From NCBI RefSeq assembly GCF_009914755.1, contig NC_060947.1: a stretch of DNA of 64,000 bases, one strand, 5' to 3'. Source of the DNA: the human T2T-CHM13v2.0 reference genome, Homo sapiens. The notes below the pieces were generated by a model. It did not search any database, had not been told where the DNA came from, and saw only the letters and a list, made by a program, of their open reading frames with translations. How positions within the stretch are numbered: the first letter of the stretch is position 1; each line of letters begins with the position of its first letter. The position numbers and the translations under genes were made by a program. Positions 1 to 27,825 of this stretch are shown here, piece by piece.

Positions 1-539
1 CAGTTGGAGCCCCTCATCCCCACGACCCCTTTTAACAGTAACCCAGGGGATGGTATCTCACGTTCAGACAGAAGTGGGTCGGTCTTGCAACTGCCGGAGA
101 CCGTGGCCCCTGCCCTGGGGGGCTCTGAGCAGTAGCAGAACCAGCCACATTGCAGAAGCCGGGAACCAGGAGTCAGCCTCACGGTGGGTGGAGGGTGGGG
201 GGCTGGAGGATCCCTCATTTCCCCGGGACAGACCTGCACGTCCACCCTCTTAGAAGCCAGGGCAAGAGCAAAGAGTGGGCACGTGGTCTGAGAGACCCAC
301 TGGTCACGGAAGGTCTCAGCAACACCATCCCCAGGAGGGTCCTTGCAGGCACCTGTGGGGCTAGTTCCTGGCTCCAGGCAGCCTTTACCGTCCAACCCAG
401 GCAGGAGTGGTTTCCGTGACCCCAGTATTGCCCGTGGAATTCCCCTGAGACGAGGGGCTTTCCTGGCGAACTTTCCCAGCGAAAACACATCCGGTCACAG
501 GCTTTGCAGCCCCCTCACTCCTGGGATCCCTGGGGAAGG

Positions 540-1425
<886 letters not shown>

Positions 1426-1469
1426 CTGACTACTCCTGGTTTAATTCATCCCAGGCAAATGCAGGCTGG

Positions 1470-2135
<666 letters not shown>

Positions 2136-2349
2136 TCAAGGTGCGGCTTCTGGCATGGAGATTGGCAAGGCCCGAGATTGCTCCAGCAGGCACACAGGAG
2201 GGCTGCGTCACCAGAGGGAGACCTGAGGTCTCCAGCCATCACCCAGGCTGCGGAAGAGCAGCGGACGGAAACCCAGAGGAAGGTTAACCAAAGCCAGGTC
2301 CCATCCCACTTACCTGGCCACTGTGCACCCCTCAACATCCTCACAAGGG

Positions 2350-5095
<2,746 letters not shown>

Positions 5096-5551
5096 GATCA
5101 TCTAAAGGGCTATTTTCTTTCTTTCTTTTTTTTTTTTTTTTTGAGACAGAGTCTTCCTCTGTCACCAGGCTGGAGTGCAGTGGCATGATCTTGGCTCACT
5201 GTAACCTCCGCCTCCTTGGTTCAAGCCAAATTCTCCTGGCCCAGCCTCCTGACTAGCTGGGACTACAGGTGCCCACAAGCACACCCAGCTAATTTTTTTT
5301 GTTTTTTGTATTTTTAGTAGAGACAGGGTTTCACCGTGTTAGCCAGGATGGTCTCGATCTTCTGACCTCGTGATACGCCACCTCGGCCTCCCAAAGTGCT
5401 GGGATGACAGGCTTGAGCCACACATGTGATAAAATTACTTAGAACTGAATGCTTAGTAATACTGGGAACACCCAAGTAAGATTGTATCAATCTCCAGGTT
5501 GCAACATTGCAACCCTCATTTTGTAAGATGTTACCAAGGAAAAAAAACTGA

Positions 5552-5984
<433 letters not shown>

Positions 5985-6059
5985 TGATCTGCCCGCCTCG
6001 GCCTCCCAAAGTGCTGGGATGACAGGTGTGAGGCACCGCGCCCGGCCTGCCGCCATGGT

Positions 6060-6600
<541 letters not shown>

Positions 6601-6683
6601 TCAAAACATCTTGTTTGTACGTTAAATATATCCAGTTAAAAAAAAATAAGGAAGCGGTTAGCCATGAGTTGACATCACATTTA

Positions 6684-8670
<1,987 letters not shown>

Positions 8671-8789
8671 AATAAGATCTGTCATCTGAGACCGGGGGCC
8701 ACCTCCCTGTCTGGGTGCTGTTTCCCACGAGACAGGGAGGAAACACAGGCAGGAGCCCCTGGACACCAGCGTTCACGCCTCCAAGGCTG

Positions 8790-9130
8790 AATTTACTATG
8801 TCAGGAAGTTGCCCAACCCTGCCTGTATAGCCAGCAAGAATTCTAATTATAGCAAACAGAAACACTTGCAGAAAAAAAAAAAAATGAGAACGGGAACATG
8901 ATAATTTTCAAAGAAAGAGTCTTTCTTTCAAGGAAAGTCAGGTTCATGGTTACGAAGCTGCTGACCCCAGGATCCCAGCCCGTGGGAGAGAAGGGGGTCT
9001 CTGACAGCCCCCACCCCTCCCCACTGCCAGATCCTTATTGGGTCTGAGTTTCAGGGGTGGGGCCCCAGCTGGAGGTTATAAAACAGCTCAATCGGGGAGT
9101 ACAACCTTCGGTTTCTCTTCGGGGAAAGCT
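8790..9130 (+). promoter_or_regulatory. IL3RA: IL3RA promoter region: ETS, tandem GAS and TATA-like motifs
   Basis: CAGGAAGT 8802-8809; TTCAAAGAA 8907-8915; TTCAAGGAA 8927-8935; TATAAAA 9077-9083; TTCGGGGAA 9118-9126. Unique sequence between repeat blocks at the first exon. Confidence 0.6.
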
Positions 9131-9247
9131 GCTTTCAGCGCACACGGGAAGATATCAGAAACATCCTAGGATCAGGACACCCCAGATCTTCTCAACTGGA
9201 ACCACGAAGGCTGTTTCTTCCACACAGTACTTTGATCTCCATTTAAG
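8937..9247 (+). other. IL3RA: IL3RA non-coding exon 1 (5' UTR); 5' end approximate
   Basis: Matches my recollection of the IL3RA mRNA 5' UTR (...GATCTCCATTTAAG joined to CAGGCACCTCTG). Strong donor AAG|GTAAGG with GT at 9248. Confidence 0.85.
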
Positions 9248-9788
9248 GTAAGGTCCCCCCTCCAGGGTGGGATGAGGGAAAAAGAGGGCAGGCAGGGGAG
9301 GCGGTGGACTGTGGGTTCCCAAATCCAAGCTGGCAGACACGGGGCATTGGCATGTAACAGGTTTCTGCTGAGACCTGCTGTCCGTGTGGGCACCACACCA
9401 CACATAGAATGACCCGGTACCAGAGAAGTATGTTTGCGATCTCATTCACCCTTTTGTAAGTGGATCGGACGCTGAAGCCATCATAGCATGTTAGATGCCT
9501 TGGGTTTATAAAGGTGATAGCATTAGGAGTAATTTGACAGTGCTTTCTGCTTTTTCTGTGTGCTTGCTAGAAAATGTACACACCTACACATGGCTAGAGT
9601 TCTCTGTTTATTAGAAAGCGCTGGTTCAGTTAGTCAATGAGCTCACGCCCAGGGCGAGCTGACTGCCAGCCGGGGAGCCGCTTTTGGGGCTGGGACCCCA
9701 GCCTGCTTGTAGTGTTTCTCAGTGGTTTTCAAAGGCTGGCGGGACTCAGAATGTTCCAGATGGCTGGTGAAACCTCAGGTCCCTCCTA

Positions 9789-11327
<1,539 letters not shown>

Positions 11328-11350
11328 TAGTAGAGATTTTGTATGTTTAG

Positions 11351-11485
<135 letters not shown>

Positions 11486-11860
11486 TAAGAGCACAGATTT
11501 CCCAACGTTCTGACTCAGGCATCTTCCTGGACCACAGCCCCTACAGGCAAGTGTGACTGTGTGTGGTGAGCCCATGAGCTGAACACAGGCTCTGTCCGAA
11601 AGGAGACTCTAGAGATTGCCTGTTGCCTTGGAGGTGGGCTGCGGTCCCTCTGCCCAGGCAGGAAGGGGCTCCGAGGCCTCTGGAACCTCATTTTACCTTT
11701 TCCCTGCTGCCCTCAGTCCCGTCCCCAGCCTCAAGGGGCTCAGCTTTTTCCAGGCTCACCCCTTCCATTTATAATTTGGAGACAAGCAAGGTCCACTGAC
11801 GCTAACGCCATTTGGTTCTTTAAAAGATGTTAGGCCGGGCGCGGTGGCTCACGCCTGTCA

Positions 11861-13915
<2,055 letters not shown>

Positions 13916-14083
13916 CACCGCTTTCCCTCCAGAAGCAGCTCCTTCTGCTGTGAGCACCAGGCTCTGGAAGGGGCAAGCGTCCTTCATTACCCGCAACCCA
14001 GTTTCACAGCCAGTCCCCGCTGCCTGACTCTCGTTTCTCCTCCAGCAGGCACCTCTGTCCTGCGTTCCGGAGCTGCGTTCCCG

Positions 14084-14147
14084 ATGGTCCTCCTTTGGCT
14101 CACGCTGCTCCTGATCGCCCTGCCCTGTCTCCTGCAAACGAAGGAAG
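14084..14147 (+). CDS. IL3RA: IL3RA exon 2 coding part: signal peptide MVLLWLTLLLIALPCLLQTKE
   Basis: Acceptor ccag|cag (exon starts 14046), ATG 14084, donor AAG|GTAAGA at 14148; recognised IL-3R alpha N-terminus; phase 1. Confidence 0.97.
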
Positions 14148-14379
14148 GTAAGAACTGGAGAAAAGATGCACGTGCCACCTGGGGAGCGGTGGGGGTAGAC
14201 AGACACACAATGTCAGCGTGCCGTCCTTCAGGGAAACTTTTCATGCTGAGCTTATGGCAGAGTCTCATGCAGTGGTCGGGAATGACTCAGACACTTCCCT
14301 GTACCCGTCACCAAGTTCCCTGTAATGCAGCATCTTGCAAAATGGTAATACGACCTCACAGGCAGGGACCTGATCGTGA

Positions 14380-15113
<734 letters not shown>

Positions 15114-15206
15114 TGATCCGCCTGCCTCGGGGTTGGGATTACACACTTTGGGAGGCCAAGGCAGGTGGACGATCACAAGGTCAGGAGTTCGTGACCAGCC
15201 TGACTA

Positions 15207-15452
<246 letters not shown>

Positions 15453-16133
15453 TTAAGGGATAAATTATCCTTCTAAGTTAGAAGAAAATAATGCCAGAAG
15501 TCTAGACATTCTTATGCTTTGGTCCCGCTTATCAAACCAAGGTTGCTGACCTTGATAACCACTCAAGATCCTTACAGTTTATAAAGTCATTTCCTCAAGT
15601 TTTCTAAGTGGCCGATCAGAGATAAACCCTAGAGAAATAGTTGATGTATGTTTCTAGCTTTGGGTGACCAGCAAAATGTGATAGAATATTGCCTTTTACT
15701 GGCCGGGTGCAACGGCTCACGTCTGTAATCCCAGCACTTTGGGAGGCTGAGGCGGGTGGATCACTTGAGGTCAGGAGTTCAAAACCAGCTTGGCCATCAT
15801 GGTGAAACCCCGTCTGTACTAAAAATACAAAAAAATTAGCTGGGCGCGGTGCTGTGCACCTGTAATCCCTGCTACTCAGGAGGCTGAGGCAGGAGAATCA
15901 CTTGAACCCGGGAGGCGGAGGTTGCCGTGAGCCAAGATCACGCCATTGCACTCCAACCTGGGTGACAGAGCGAGGCTCCATCTCAAAAAAAAAAAAAAAA
16001 AAAGAATATTGCCTTTAACATCTTTGTACAGGTCATTTATGAAATATCTTGAGCTCTGTGATGGCTAAGAGAGACCTTCTTTTTCTTTCTTTCTTTTTTT
16101 TTTTTTTGAGACGGAGTTTTTTTGTTTTTTTGA

Positions 16134-16241
<108 letters not shown>

Positions 16242-16873
16242 TAGCTGGGATTACAGGCGCCCGCCACCACGCCCAACTAATTTTTGTATTTTTAGTCGCG
16301 ACGGGGTTTCACCGTGTTAGCCAGGATGGTCTTGATCACTTGACCTGGTGATCCGCCCACCTTGGCCTCCCAAAGTGCTGGGATGACGGGCGTGAGCCAC
16401 CACGCCCGTTTGCTTTATGACTTCTACCAGCTCACAGAAGTCTCCTGTGTACATAGAACTCCACTTCCCAGCCAGGCTCAGTAACTCACGTCTGTGATCC
16501 CAGCACTTTGGGAGGCTGAGGCAGGCAGATCATGTGAGGTTGGGAGTTCGAGACCAGCCTGGCCAACATGGTGAAACCCCATCTCTAGTAAAAATACAAA
16601 AATTAGCCGAGTGTGGTGGCAGGCACCTGTTATCCCAGCTGCACAGCAGGCTGACACAGGATAATCGCTTGAACCCGGGAGGCGGAGGTTGTAGTGAGCC
16701 GAGATCGCGCCACTGAATTCCAGCCTGGGCGACAGAGTGAGACTCCGTCTCAAAACAAACAAGCAAACAAAAATACCCATTACAATGTTGTTTTAAGATT
16801 GTTGTATATCAACTGGGCATGGTGGCTCATGCTTGTAATCCCAGCACTTTGAGAGGCCGAGGCGGACAGATCA

Positions 16874-17144
<271 letters not shown>

Positions 17145-17634
17145 CTAACTCCACGGGCAAAAAAACCATACCCATTACAATGCTGTTTTAAGATTCTTGA
17201 CCTGGTGCGGTGGCTCATGCCTGTAATCCCAGCACTTTGGGAGGCTGAGGCGGACGAATCATGAGGTCAGGAGATCGAGACCATCCTGGCTAACACGGTG
17301 AAACGCCATCTCTACTAAAAATACAAAAAAAAAAAATTAGCCGGGCGTGGTGGCGGGCGCCTGTAGTCCCAGCTACTCGGGAGGCTGAGGCAGGAGAGTT
17401 GCTTGAACCAGGAGGCGGAGCTTGCAGTGAGCTGAGATCGTGCCACTGTAGTCCAGCCAGGGCGACAAGAGTGAAACTCCATGTCAAAAAATTTAAAAAA
17501 ATTAAATAAAAGAACTCCACCTCCCAAAGGTATTGGCTAACTCCACGGGCAAAAAAAAAAAAAACCATACCCCTTACAATGCCGTTTTAAGATTCTTACG
17601 TATCTCTTCTAACTCCAACCTGTCACCGTTTTAG

Positions 17635-17989
<355 letters not shown>

Positions 17990-18414
17990 TAGTAGAGATG
18001 GGGTTTCACTGTGTTAGCCAGGAGGGTCTCGATCTCCTGACCTCGTGATCTGCCCGCCTCGGCCTCCCAAAGTGCTGGGATTACAGGCGTGAGTCACCGC
18101 GCATGGCCCAGACTCTCTAATGTTGACGAACAAGACGTTTCCGTCTTCTGCAGGAATCTCAGAACCAATACTGCTCCCATCGCTGGTGTCATGACTACCT
18201 GGTTTCTGCCCCGAAGTCAGGTGTGGGATTTGAAGTGACTTTGGAGGGTCTGGTTCCCCGTCCGCGGGACATCTAAGATGGCACACACTGGACAGGGTGG
18301 ATGTGAAAGTGAAATGAGGCTAAGCTATGACTGGTGCGAAACCCAACCCCACGCTGGGCGTGGTGGCTCACGTCTGTAATCCCAGCACTTTGGGAGGCTG
18401 AGGCAGGCAGATCA

Positions 18415-19090
<676 letters not shown>

Positions 19091-20138
19091 CTATTTACAA
19101 GTCAGTGTCTTATGGGAAAGGAGCACGTTTCCCTGAGAACCTATTTGGTCCCCTCCAAGAGCTATGTTCGTTCAATACAATTCAAATCACGGCCCTTCAT
19201 GCGTCTGCTCGGGCCACCATTATAAAATCCTACCCCCAGCTCCAAATACAGTCCCATTGAACTTTGTGATTTTGGAGAGTAGAGATAAAACAGTCTAGAA
19301 TCCCAGAGCGATTTTACCATACCATGGCAAACTGACTCTCAACTTTAGAAACACAAATGCTGAAAAAAAAACTAAGGAAATTTTGAAAAAGAAGGTGAAT
19401 GAAGGAGAACCTGCCTTACCTATATCAAAAGGCACTGAAAAGTTCATACCCAATGTGCGGATTGCTATAAGAATACACAAGTAGGCCGGGCGTGGTGGCT
19501 CACGCCTGTCATCCCAGCACTTTGGAGGCCGAGGCGGGTGGATCACGAGGTCAGGAGATCGAGACCCTCCTGGCTAACACGGTGAAACCCCGTCTCTACT
19601 AAAAATATAAAAATTAGCCGGGCGTGGTGGCTGGTGCCTGTAGTCCCAGCTACTCGGGAGGCTGAGGCAGGAGAATGGCTTGAACCTGGGAGGCAGAAGC
19701 TTGCAGTGAGCCGAGATCGCGCCACTGCACTCCAGCCTGGGCGACAGAGCGAGACTCTGTCTCAAAAAAACAAAAACAAAAGCAAACAAAACGAAGAATA
19801 TACAAGTAGATTAATGAAATGTGGCCGGGTGCGGTGGTGAGGCAGGAGAATTGCTTGAACCCGAGAGGTGGAGGTTGCAGTGAGCTGAGATCGCACCACT
19901 GAAGTCTAGCCTGGGCAAGCGGAGTGAGGCCCTGTCTTAACAAAAAAACAAAGAAACAAAAAACAAACAAACAAGAAAAAAACAAAGCAAAACAAACAGA
20001 AAAGTATTTCACTAATATTTACTGCTAAGTGGGATTATTTTTATTCAAGCTTTTGTATCTTTAGAAAAAAATTGTGGCCGGGCGCGGTGGCTCACGCCTG
20101 TCATCCCAGCACTTTGGGAGGCCGAGGAGGGTGGATCA

Positions 20139-20670
<532 letters not shown>

Positions 20671-20749
20671 TCAAAAAAAATCTGAACATCATTAGCGTCA
20701 AATTAAGCATGGTCTCTCAGCAGCCATCATAGTCCTATGTCTCTCTTAG

Positions 20750-20864
20750 GCAGTGAACAATAGCTATTGCCAGTTTGGAGCAATTTCCTTATGTGAAGTG
20801 ACCAACTACACCGTCCGAGTGGCCAACCCACCATTCTCCACGTGGATCCTCTTCCCTGAGAACA
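20750..20864 (+). CDS. IL3RA: IL3RA exon 4 (AVNNSYCQFGAISLCEVTNYTVRVANPPFSTWILFPENS)
   Basis: cttag|GCAG acceptor, ACA|GTGAGA donor; 115 nt; visible at the start of ORF 20753..21421. Confidence 0.96.
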
Positions 20865-20899
20865 GTGAGAAAAATGTTCATTGTTTGTTTATTCTCTAT

Positions 20900-20963
20900 T
20901 CCCTCCCTCCTTCCCTCTCTCCCTCCCTCTCGCCTTCGCTGTGTCTTTTTTCTTTTCTTTTTC

Positions 20964-21011
<48 letters not shown>

Positions 21012-21345
21012 TTTCTTTCTTTCTGTTTCTGTTTCTTTCTTCCTTTCTTTTTCTTTCTTTCTTTCCTTCTTTCCTCTCTTTCTTTTCTTTCTCTTTCCCT
21101 CCCTCCCTTCTTTCTTTTCTTCACTTCCTTCCCTCCCTCCTTCTCTCCTTTTCCTCCCTCCTCCTTCCCACCCTACTTCCTCTCTCTCCTTCCTTCCCTT
21201 TCGTTTTCTTTTCCTCCCTGCCTCACTCCCTTCCTTCCTTCTCTCCCTCCTCTTTTCCTTCCTTCTTCCCTCCTTCCCTTTCTCTCTCTCTCTCTTTCTC
21301 TCTTTCCCCCTCCCCTCCCTTCCCCTCCTCTCCCCTCTCCTTTCC
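20900..21345. repeat. (TTTC)n / CT-rich polypyrimidine tract
   Basis: Nearly pure C/T directly after exon 4. Confidence 0.9.
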
Positions 21346-21493
21346 TGACACGGTCTTGCTCTGTTGCCCAGGCTGGAGCGCAGTGGTGCAATCACAGCTT
21401 ACTGCAGGCTTCACCTCCTGAGCTCAAACAATCCTTCTGCCTCAGCCTCCCACGTAGGTGGAACTACACCCATGTACCACCATGCCCACCTAA

Positions 21494-21779
<286 letters not shown>

Positions 21780-21955
21780 TGAGCCACCGCGCCCAGCCTT
21801 AAATACTTTTTGTAGAGATGGGGTGTCGCTATGTTACCTGAGCTGGTCTCAAACTCCTAGGCTCAAGTGATCCTCCCGCCTCAGTCTCCCAAAGTGCAGG
21901 GATTGTAAGCATCAGCCACCACGCCTGGCCTCTTCTTTGTTTTTTAATTAATTAG

Positions 21956-22159
<204 letters not shown>

Positions 22160-22400
22160 TAAGTAGAGACGGGGCTTCACCATGTTGGTCTCGAACTCCT
22201 GACCTTGTGATCCACCCGCCTCAGCCTCCCAAAGTGCTGGGATGACAGGCGGGAGCCACTGTGCCGGGCCTCAATTTAATTATTTTTAAGTTTAATGGAT
22301 TTCCAGGGAGTTATGCCGAGTCGGAAAAAAAAGACCACTCCAGAGCGTGACACACACAGTGATTTCATTAATACAACTGTCTTGAAATGGCAAAATTTTA

Positions 22401-22933
<533 letters not shown>

Positions 22934-23107
22934 TTAGCGGCCGGGCCCAGTGGCTCACACCTGTAATCCCAGCACTTTGGGAGGCCGAGGTGGGTGGATC
23001 GCGAGGTCAGGAGATCGAGACCATCCCGGCTAACATGGTGAAACCCCATCTCTACTAAAAATACAAAATTAGCCAGGGGTGGTGGCACATGCCTGCAGTC
23101 CCAGCTA

Positions 23108-23539
<432 letters not shown>

Positions 23540-23666
23540 TCATTAAAAGAATATGCAGGATCTCTCCATATTATTATTATTTTTTACAACGGCTTGTGTA
23601 TCTACCATGGTCTCAAAATACAAAAGGCACTCTAAAAAGGAATTAGAGTTTTATTTTTTTTTTTGA

Positions 23667-24152
<486 letters not shown>

Positions 24153-24418
24153 TAGCCAGGCTGGTCTCGAACTCCGGACCTCGGGTGATCCACCTGCCTC
24201 GGCCTCCCAAAGTGCTGGGATCACAGGCGCGTGCCACCAGACACAGCTAATTTTTGCATTTTTAGTAGAGATTGGGTTTCTCCATGTTGGCCAGGCTGGT
24301 CTCGAACTCCTGACCTCATGTGATCCACCCGCCTCGGCCTCCCAAAATGCTGGGGTGACAGGCGTGAGCCACCGCGCCCGGTCCCGATTCGAGTTCTCTT
24401 TCATGTTTGTGAACCCAG

Positions 24419-24551
24419 GTGGGAAGCCTTGGGCAGGTGCGGAGAATCTGACCTGCTGGATTCATGACGTGGATTTCTTGAGCTGCAGCTGGGCGGTAGG
24501 CCCGGGGGCCCCCGCGGACGTCCAGTACGACCTGTACTTGAACGTTGCCAA
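24419..24551 (+). CDS. IL3RA: IL3RA exon 5 ([44 protein letters not shown]), cytokine-receptor Cys/CxW motif
   Basis: cccag|GTGG acceptor, CAA|GTAGGT donor; 133 nt; conserved C..CxW of type I cytokine receptors. Confidence 0.97.
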
Positions 24552-24640
24552 GTAGGTGTGCCCGTGGGCAGAGGCCGGGCTGTCCCTGGTGCGGGTGCCA
24601 TCGGCGTGGGGTCGTCCCCCAACCTTACCGCTTACCGCAG

Positions 24641-24825
24641 CAGGCGTCAACAGTACGAGTGTCTTCACTACAAAACGGATGCTCAGGGAACACGTATCGG
24701 GTGTCGTTTCGATGACATCTCTCGACTCTCCAGCGGTTCTCAAAGTTCCCACATCCTGGTGCGGGGCAGGAGCGCAGCCTTCGGTATCCCCTGCACAGAT
24801 AAGTTTGTCGTCTTTTCACAGATTG
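24641..24825 (+). CDS. IL3RA: IL3RA exon 6 (RRQQYECLHYKTDAQGTRIGCRFDDISRLSSGSQSSHILVRGRSAAFGIPCTDKFVVFSQI)
   Basis: Follows an 89-nt intron; cgcag|CAGG acceptor, TTG|GTGAGT donor; 185 nt. Confidence 0.96.
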
Positions 24826-24924
24826 GTGAGTAGCCCGGGACACTCCCTCCCACCCTCAGTTCTGTGATACCACGGCTTTAGCGCCAGGCCAGATCCCACG
24901 GGACCACGTGGCTCCCAACGCAGA

Positions 24925-26640
24925 CGTTGGCCTCTCACATTTCCAGAGGCTGGACGTTGGAGGTCAGCGTGCTGGCTGGCTGGGCTCCTCGGGAGGTCTC
25001 TTCCTGGCTTGGAGAGAGGGTCATCTTCTCACTGTGTCTTCACGTGGTGTAGAGAGAGAGAGAGATGAAGTTCTGGGGTCTCTTGTTAGAAGGGCACTAA
25101 CACCATCATGGGTCCCATCATGGGTCATAGGATCCCTCACCATGGGTCATGGGACCCCCCATCATGGGTTCCATCATGGGTCCCATCATGGGTCATAGAA
25201 TCCCCCATGATGGGTTTCATCATGAGTCATAGAACCCCCTATCATGGATTCCATCATGGGTCATGGGAACCCCCATCATGGGTCCCATCATGGTTCATAG
25301 GATCCCCCATCATGGGTTTCATCATGAGTCATAGAACCCCCTATCATGGATTCCATCATGGGTCATGGGAACCCCCATCATGGGTCCCATCATTGGTCAT
25401 AGGACCCCCTATCATGGGTTCCATCATGGGTCATGGGACACCCCCCATCATGGGTTCCACCATGAGTCATGGGATCCCTCATCGTGGGTTCCATCATGGG
25501 TCATGGGACCCCCCATCATGGGTTCCATCATGGGTAATAGGACCCCCCCATCATGGGTTCCACCATGAGTCATGGGATCCCTTATCATGGATTCCATCAT
25601 GGGTCATGGGACCCCCTATCATGGATTCCATCATGGGTCATGGGACCCCCCCATCATGGGTCCCATCATGAGTCATGGGATCCCTCATCATGGGTTTCAT
25701 CATGGGTCATAGGACCCCCATCATGGATTCCATCATGGGTCATGGGAACCTCCATCATGGGTCCCATTATGGGTCATAGAATTCCCCATCATGGGTTCCA
25801 TCATGAGTCATGGGACCCCCCATCATGGGTTCCACATGGGATCCCTCATCATTGGTTCCATCATGGGTCATAGGATCCCCCATCATAGGTCCCATCATGG
25901 GTTCCACATGGGATCCCCCATCATAGGTCCCATCATGGGTCATGGGACCCCCCCCATCATGGGTTCCATCACGGGTCATGGGACCCCCCCCATCATGGGT
26001 TCCATCACGGGTCATGGGACCCCCCCCAATCATGGGTTCCATCATGGGTCATGGGAACCCCCATCATGGGTTTCATCATGGGTCATAGGATCCCCTATCA
26101 TGGGTTCCATCATGGGTCATGGGACCCCCCCCATCACGGGTTCCATCATGGGTCATGGGAACCCCCATCATGGGTTTCATCATGGGTCATAGGATCCCCT
26201 ATCATGGATTCCATCATGAGTCATGGGATCCCTCATCATGGGTTCCATCATGGGTCATGGGACCCCCCCCCCCCATCATGGGTCGTGGGACCCCCACCCC
26301 CATCATGGGTCATGGGAGCCCCCATTGTGAGTCATGGAATCCCTCATCATGGGTCTCATCATGGGCCATGGGTCCCACCATGGGTCATGGGAGCCCCCAT
26401 CATGAGTCATGGAATCCCTCATCATGGGTCATGGGTCCCATCATGGGTCATGGGAGCCCCCATCATGGGTCATGGGTCCCATCATGGGTCACGGGAGCCC
26501 CCATCATGGGGGTCCACCCTCATAACTTCAGCCCACGCCAGTCACCTCCCAAAGACCCCACCTTCTAACACCGCCCAACCAGGGGTTAGAGCTTCAGTGG
26601 AGGAATTTGGGACAGAAGGACACACACTTTCAGTCCACGA
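24925..26640 (-). mobile_element. MLT1A-like LTR containing a ~1.4 kb CCATCATGGGT-type minisatellite (~25103-26510)
   Basis: LTR-like flanks (AAGGGCACTAACACCATCATG... / ...GGGGTCCACCCTCATAAC..CACCTCCCAAAGACCCCACC) join across the repeat. Confidence 0.75.
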
Positions 26641-26739
26641 TACCCGAGCTCCGAGGAACCTCCCAGGTGGTGAGAATGTCAATATGCCCAGAGCTGACGT
26701 GCCCTGAACCCAAGGGCAGGGTGCTCGGATGCTTCAGAA

Positions 26740-27825
26740 GAGGAGGGGGAAACGAGGAAGAGGAGGAGAAGGACAAGGAGAAGAGAAGGGAGGAGAGGAA
26801 GAACATGAGCAGGGGGAGGAGGAGGAGAAGGAAAAGAAACAGAGGAAAAGGAGGGGGAGGAGGTAGAGATGGAGAGGGAAGGAAGAGGAGGAAGAGAAGA
26901 AAACGGAGAAAGAGGAGGGGGAGGAGGAGGAGGAAGAGAAAATGGAGAAAGAGGAGGGGGAGGAGGTGGAGATGGGGAGGGGAGGAAGAGGAGGAAGAGA
27001 AGAAAACAGGAGGGGGAGGAAGAGAAGAAAATGGAGGGAAAGGAGGGGGAGGAGGTGGAGATGGGGAGAGAAGGAGCAGGAGGAGGAGAAGAAAGAAGAG
27101 GAAGAAAGGAGGAGGAGAGGGTGGAGGAGGAAGAGGGTGAAGGAGAGAGGGAGGAGAATGGAGAGGAGGAGGAGGCGGGGGAGGGAAGAGAAGGAGGTGA
27201 GGAGGAGGAAGGGGAGGATAGAGAAGGTGGGGTAGAAGGGTGGTGAGGTGGGGAGGGAGAAGGAGGGGGAGGAGGAGAGAGGAGGACTGGGGGGAGGAAG
27301 GGGGAGGAGGGGAGAGAGGAGGAGGGAGGAGGGAGAAGGAGGGGGAGAGGATGGAGGAAGGGGAGCAGATGGAGGAAGGCGAGCAGGAGGGGGAGGAAAA
27401 AGGAGGGGCAGGAGGAAGAAGGAGCGGGAGGAGAGGAGGAGGAGGAGGAGGAGAATGGGCAGGGAGGAGGAGAGGGAAGAAAAGGAGGGGGAGGAGGAAG
27501 GAGGGGGAGGAGGGTGGAGGGGGAGGAGGGTGGAGGGGGAGGAGGGTGGAGGGGGAGGAGGGTGGAGGGGGAGGAGGAAGGAGGGAGAAGGAGGGGAGAG
27601 GATGGAGGAAGAGGAGCAGGAGGGGGAGGAAAAAGGAGGAGGGGCAGGAGGGGAGGAGGAGAAAGGAGAGTGGAGGAGGAGGGTGACAAGGAGAATGGGG
27701 AGGAGAGAGGAGTGGTAGAAAAAGGAGAGAGAGGAAGAGTAGGAGCGGAGGGGGAGGAGGGGAGGGGAGGGGAGGGGAGAAAGACCAGGAGGGTAGGAGG
27801 AGGGGGAGGAGGAGGAGGGGGCCAG
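26740..27825. repeat. G/A-rich polypurine low-complexity tract (GGA/GAG)
   Basis: ~1.1 kb almost purely G/A on +. Confidence 0.92.

Noticed and set aside
19290-19480. Possible old L1 ORF2 fragment
   Set aside because: A-rich with only vague similarity; too degraded to call without RepeatMasker.
25108-26707. His/Gly/Trp-rich repetitive ORFs resembling metal-binding proteins
   Set aside because: Frames of the CCATCATGGG satellite, with frequent frameshifts.
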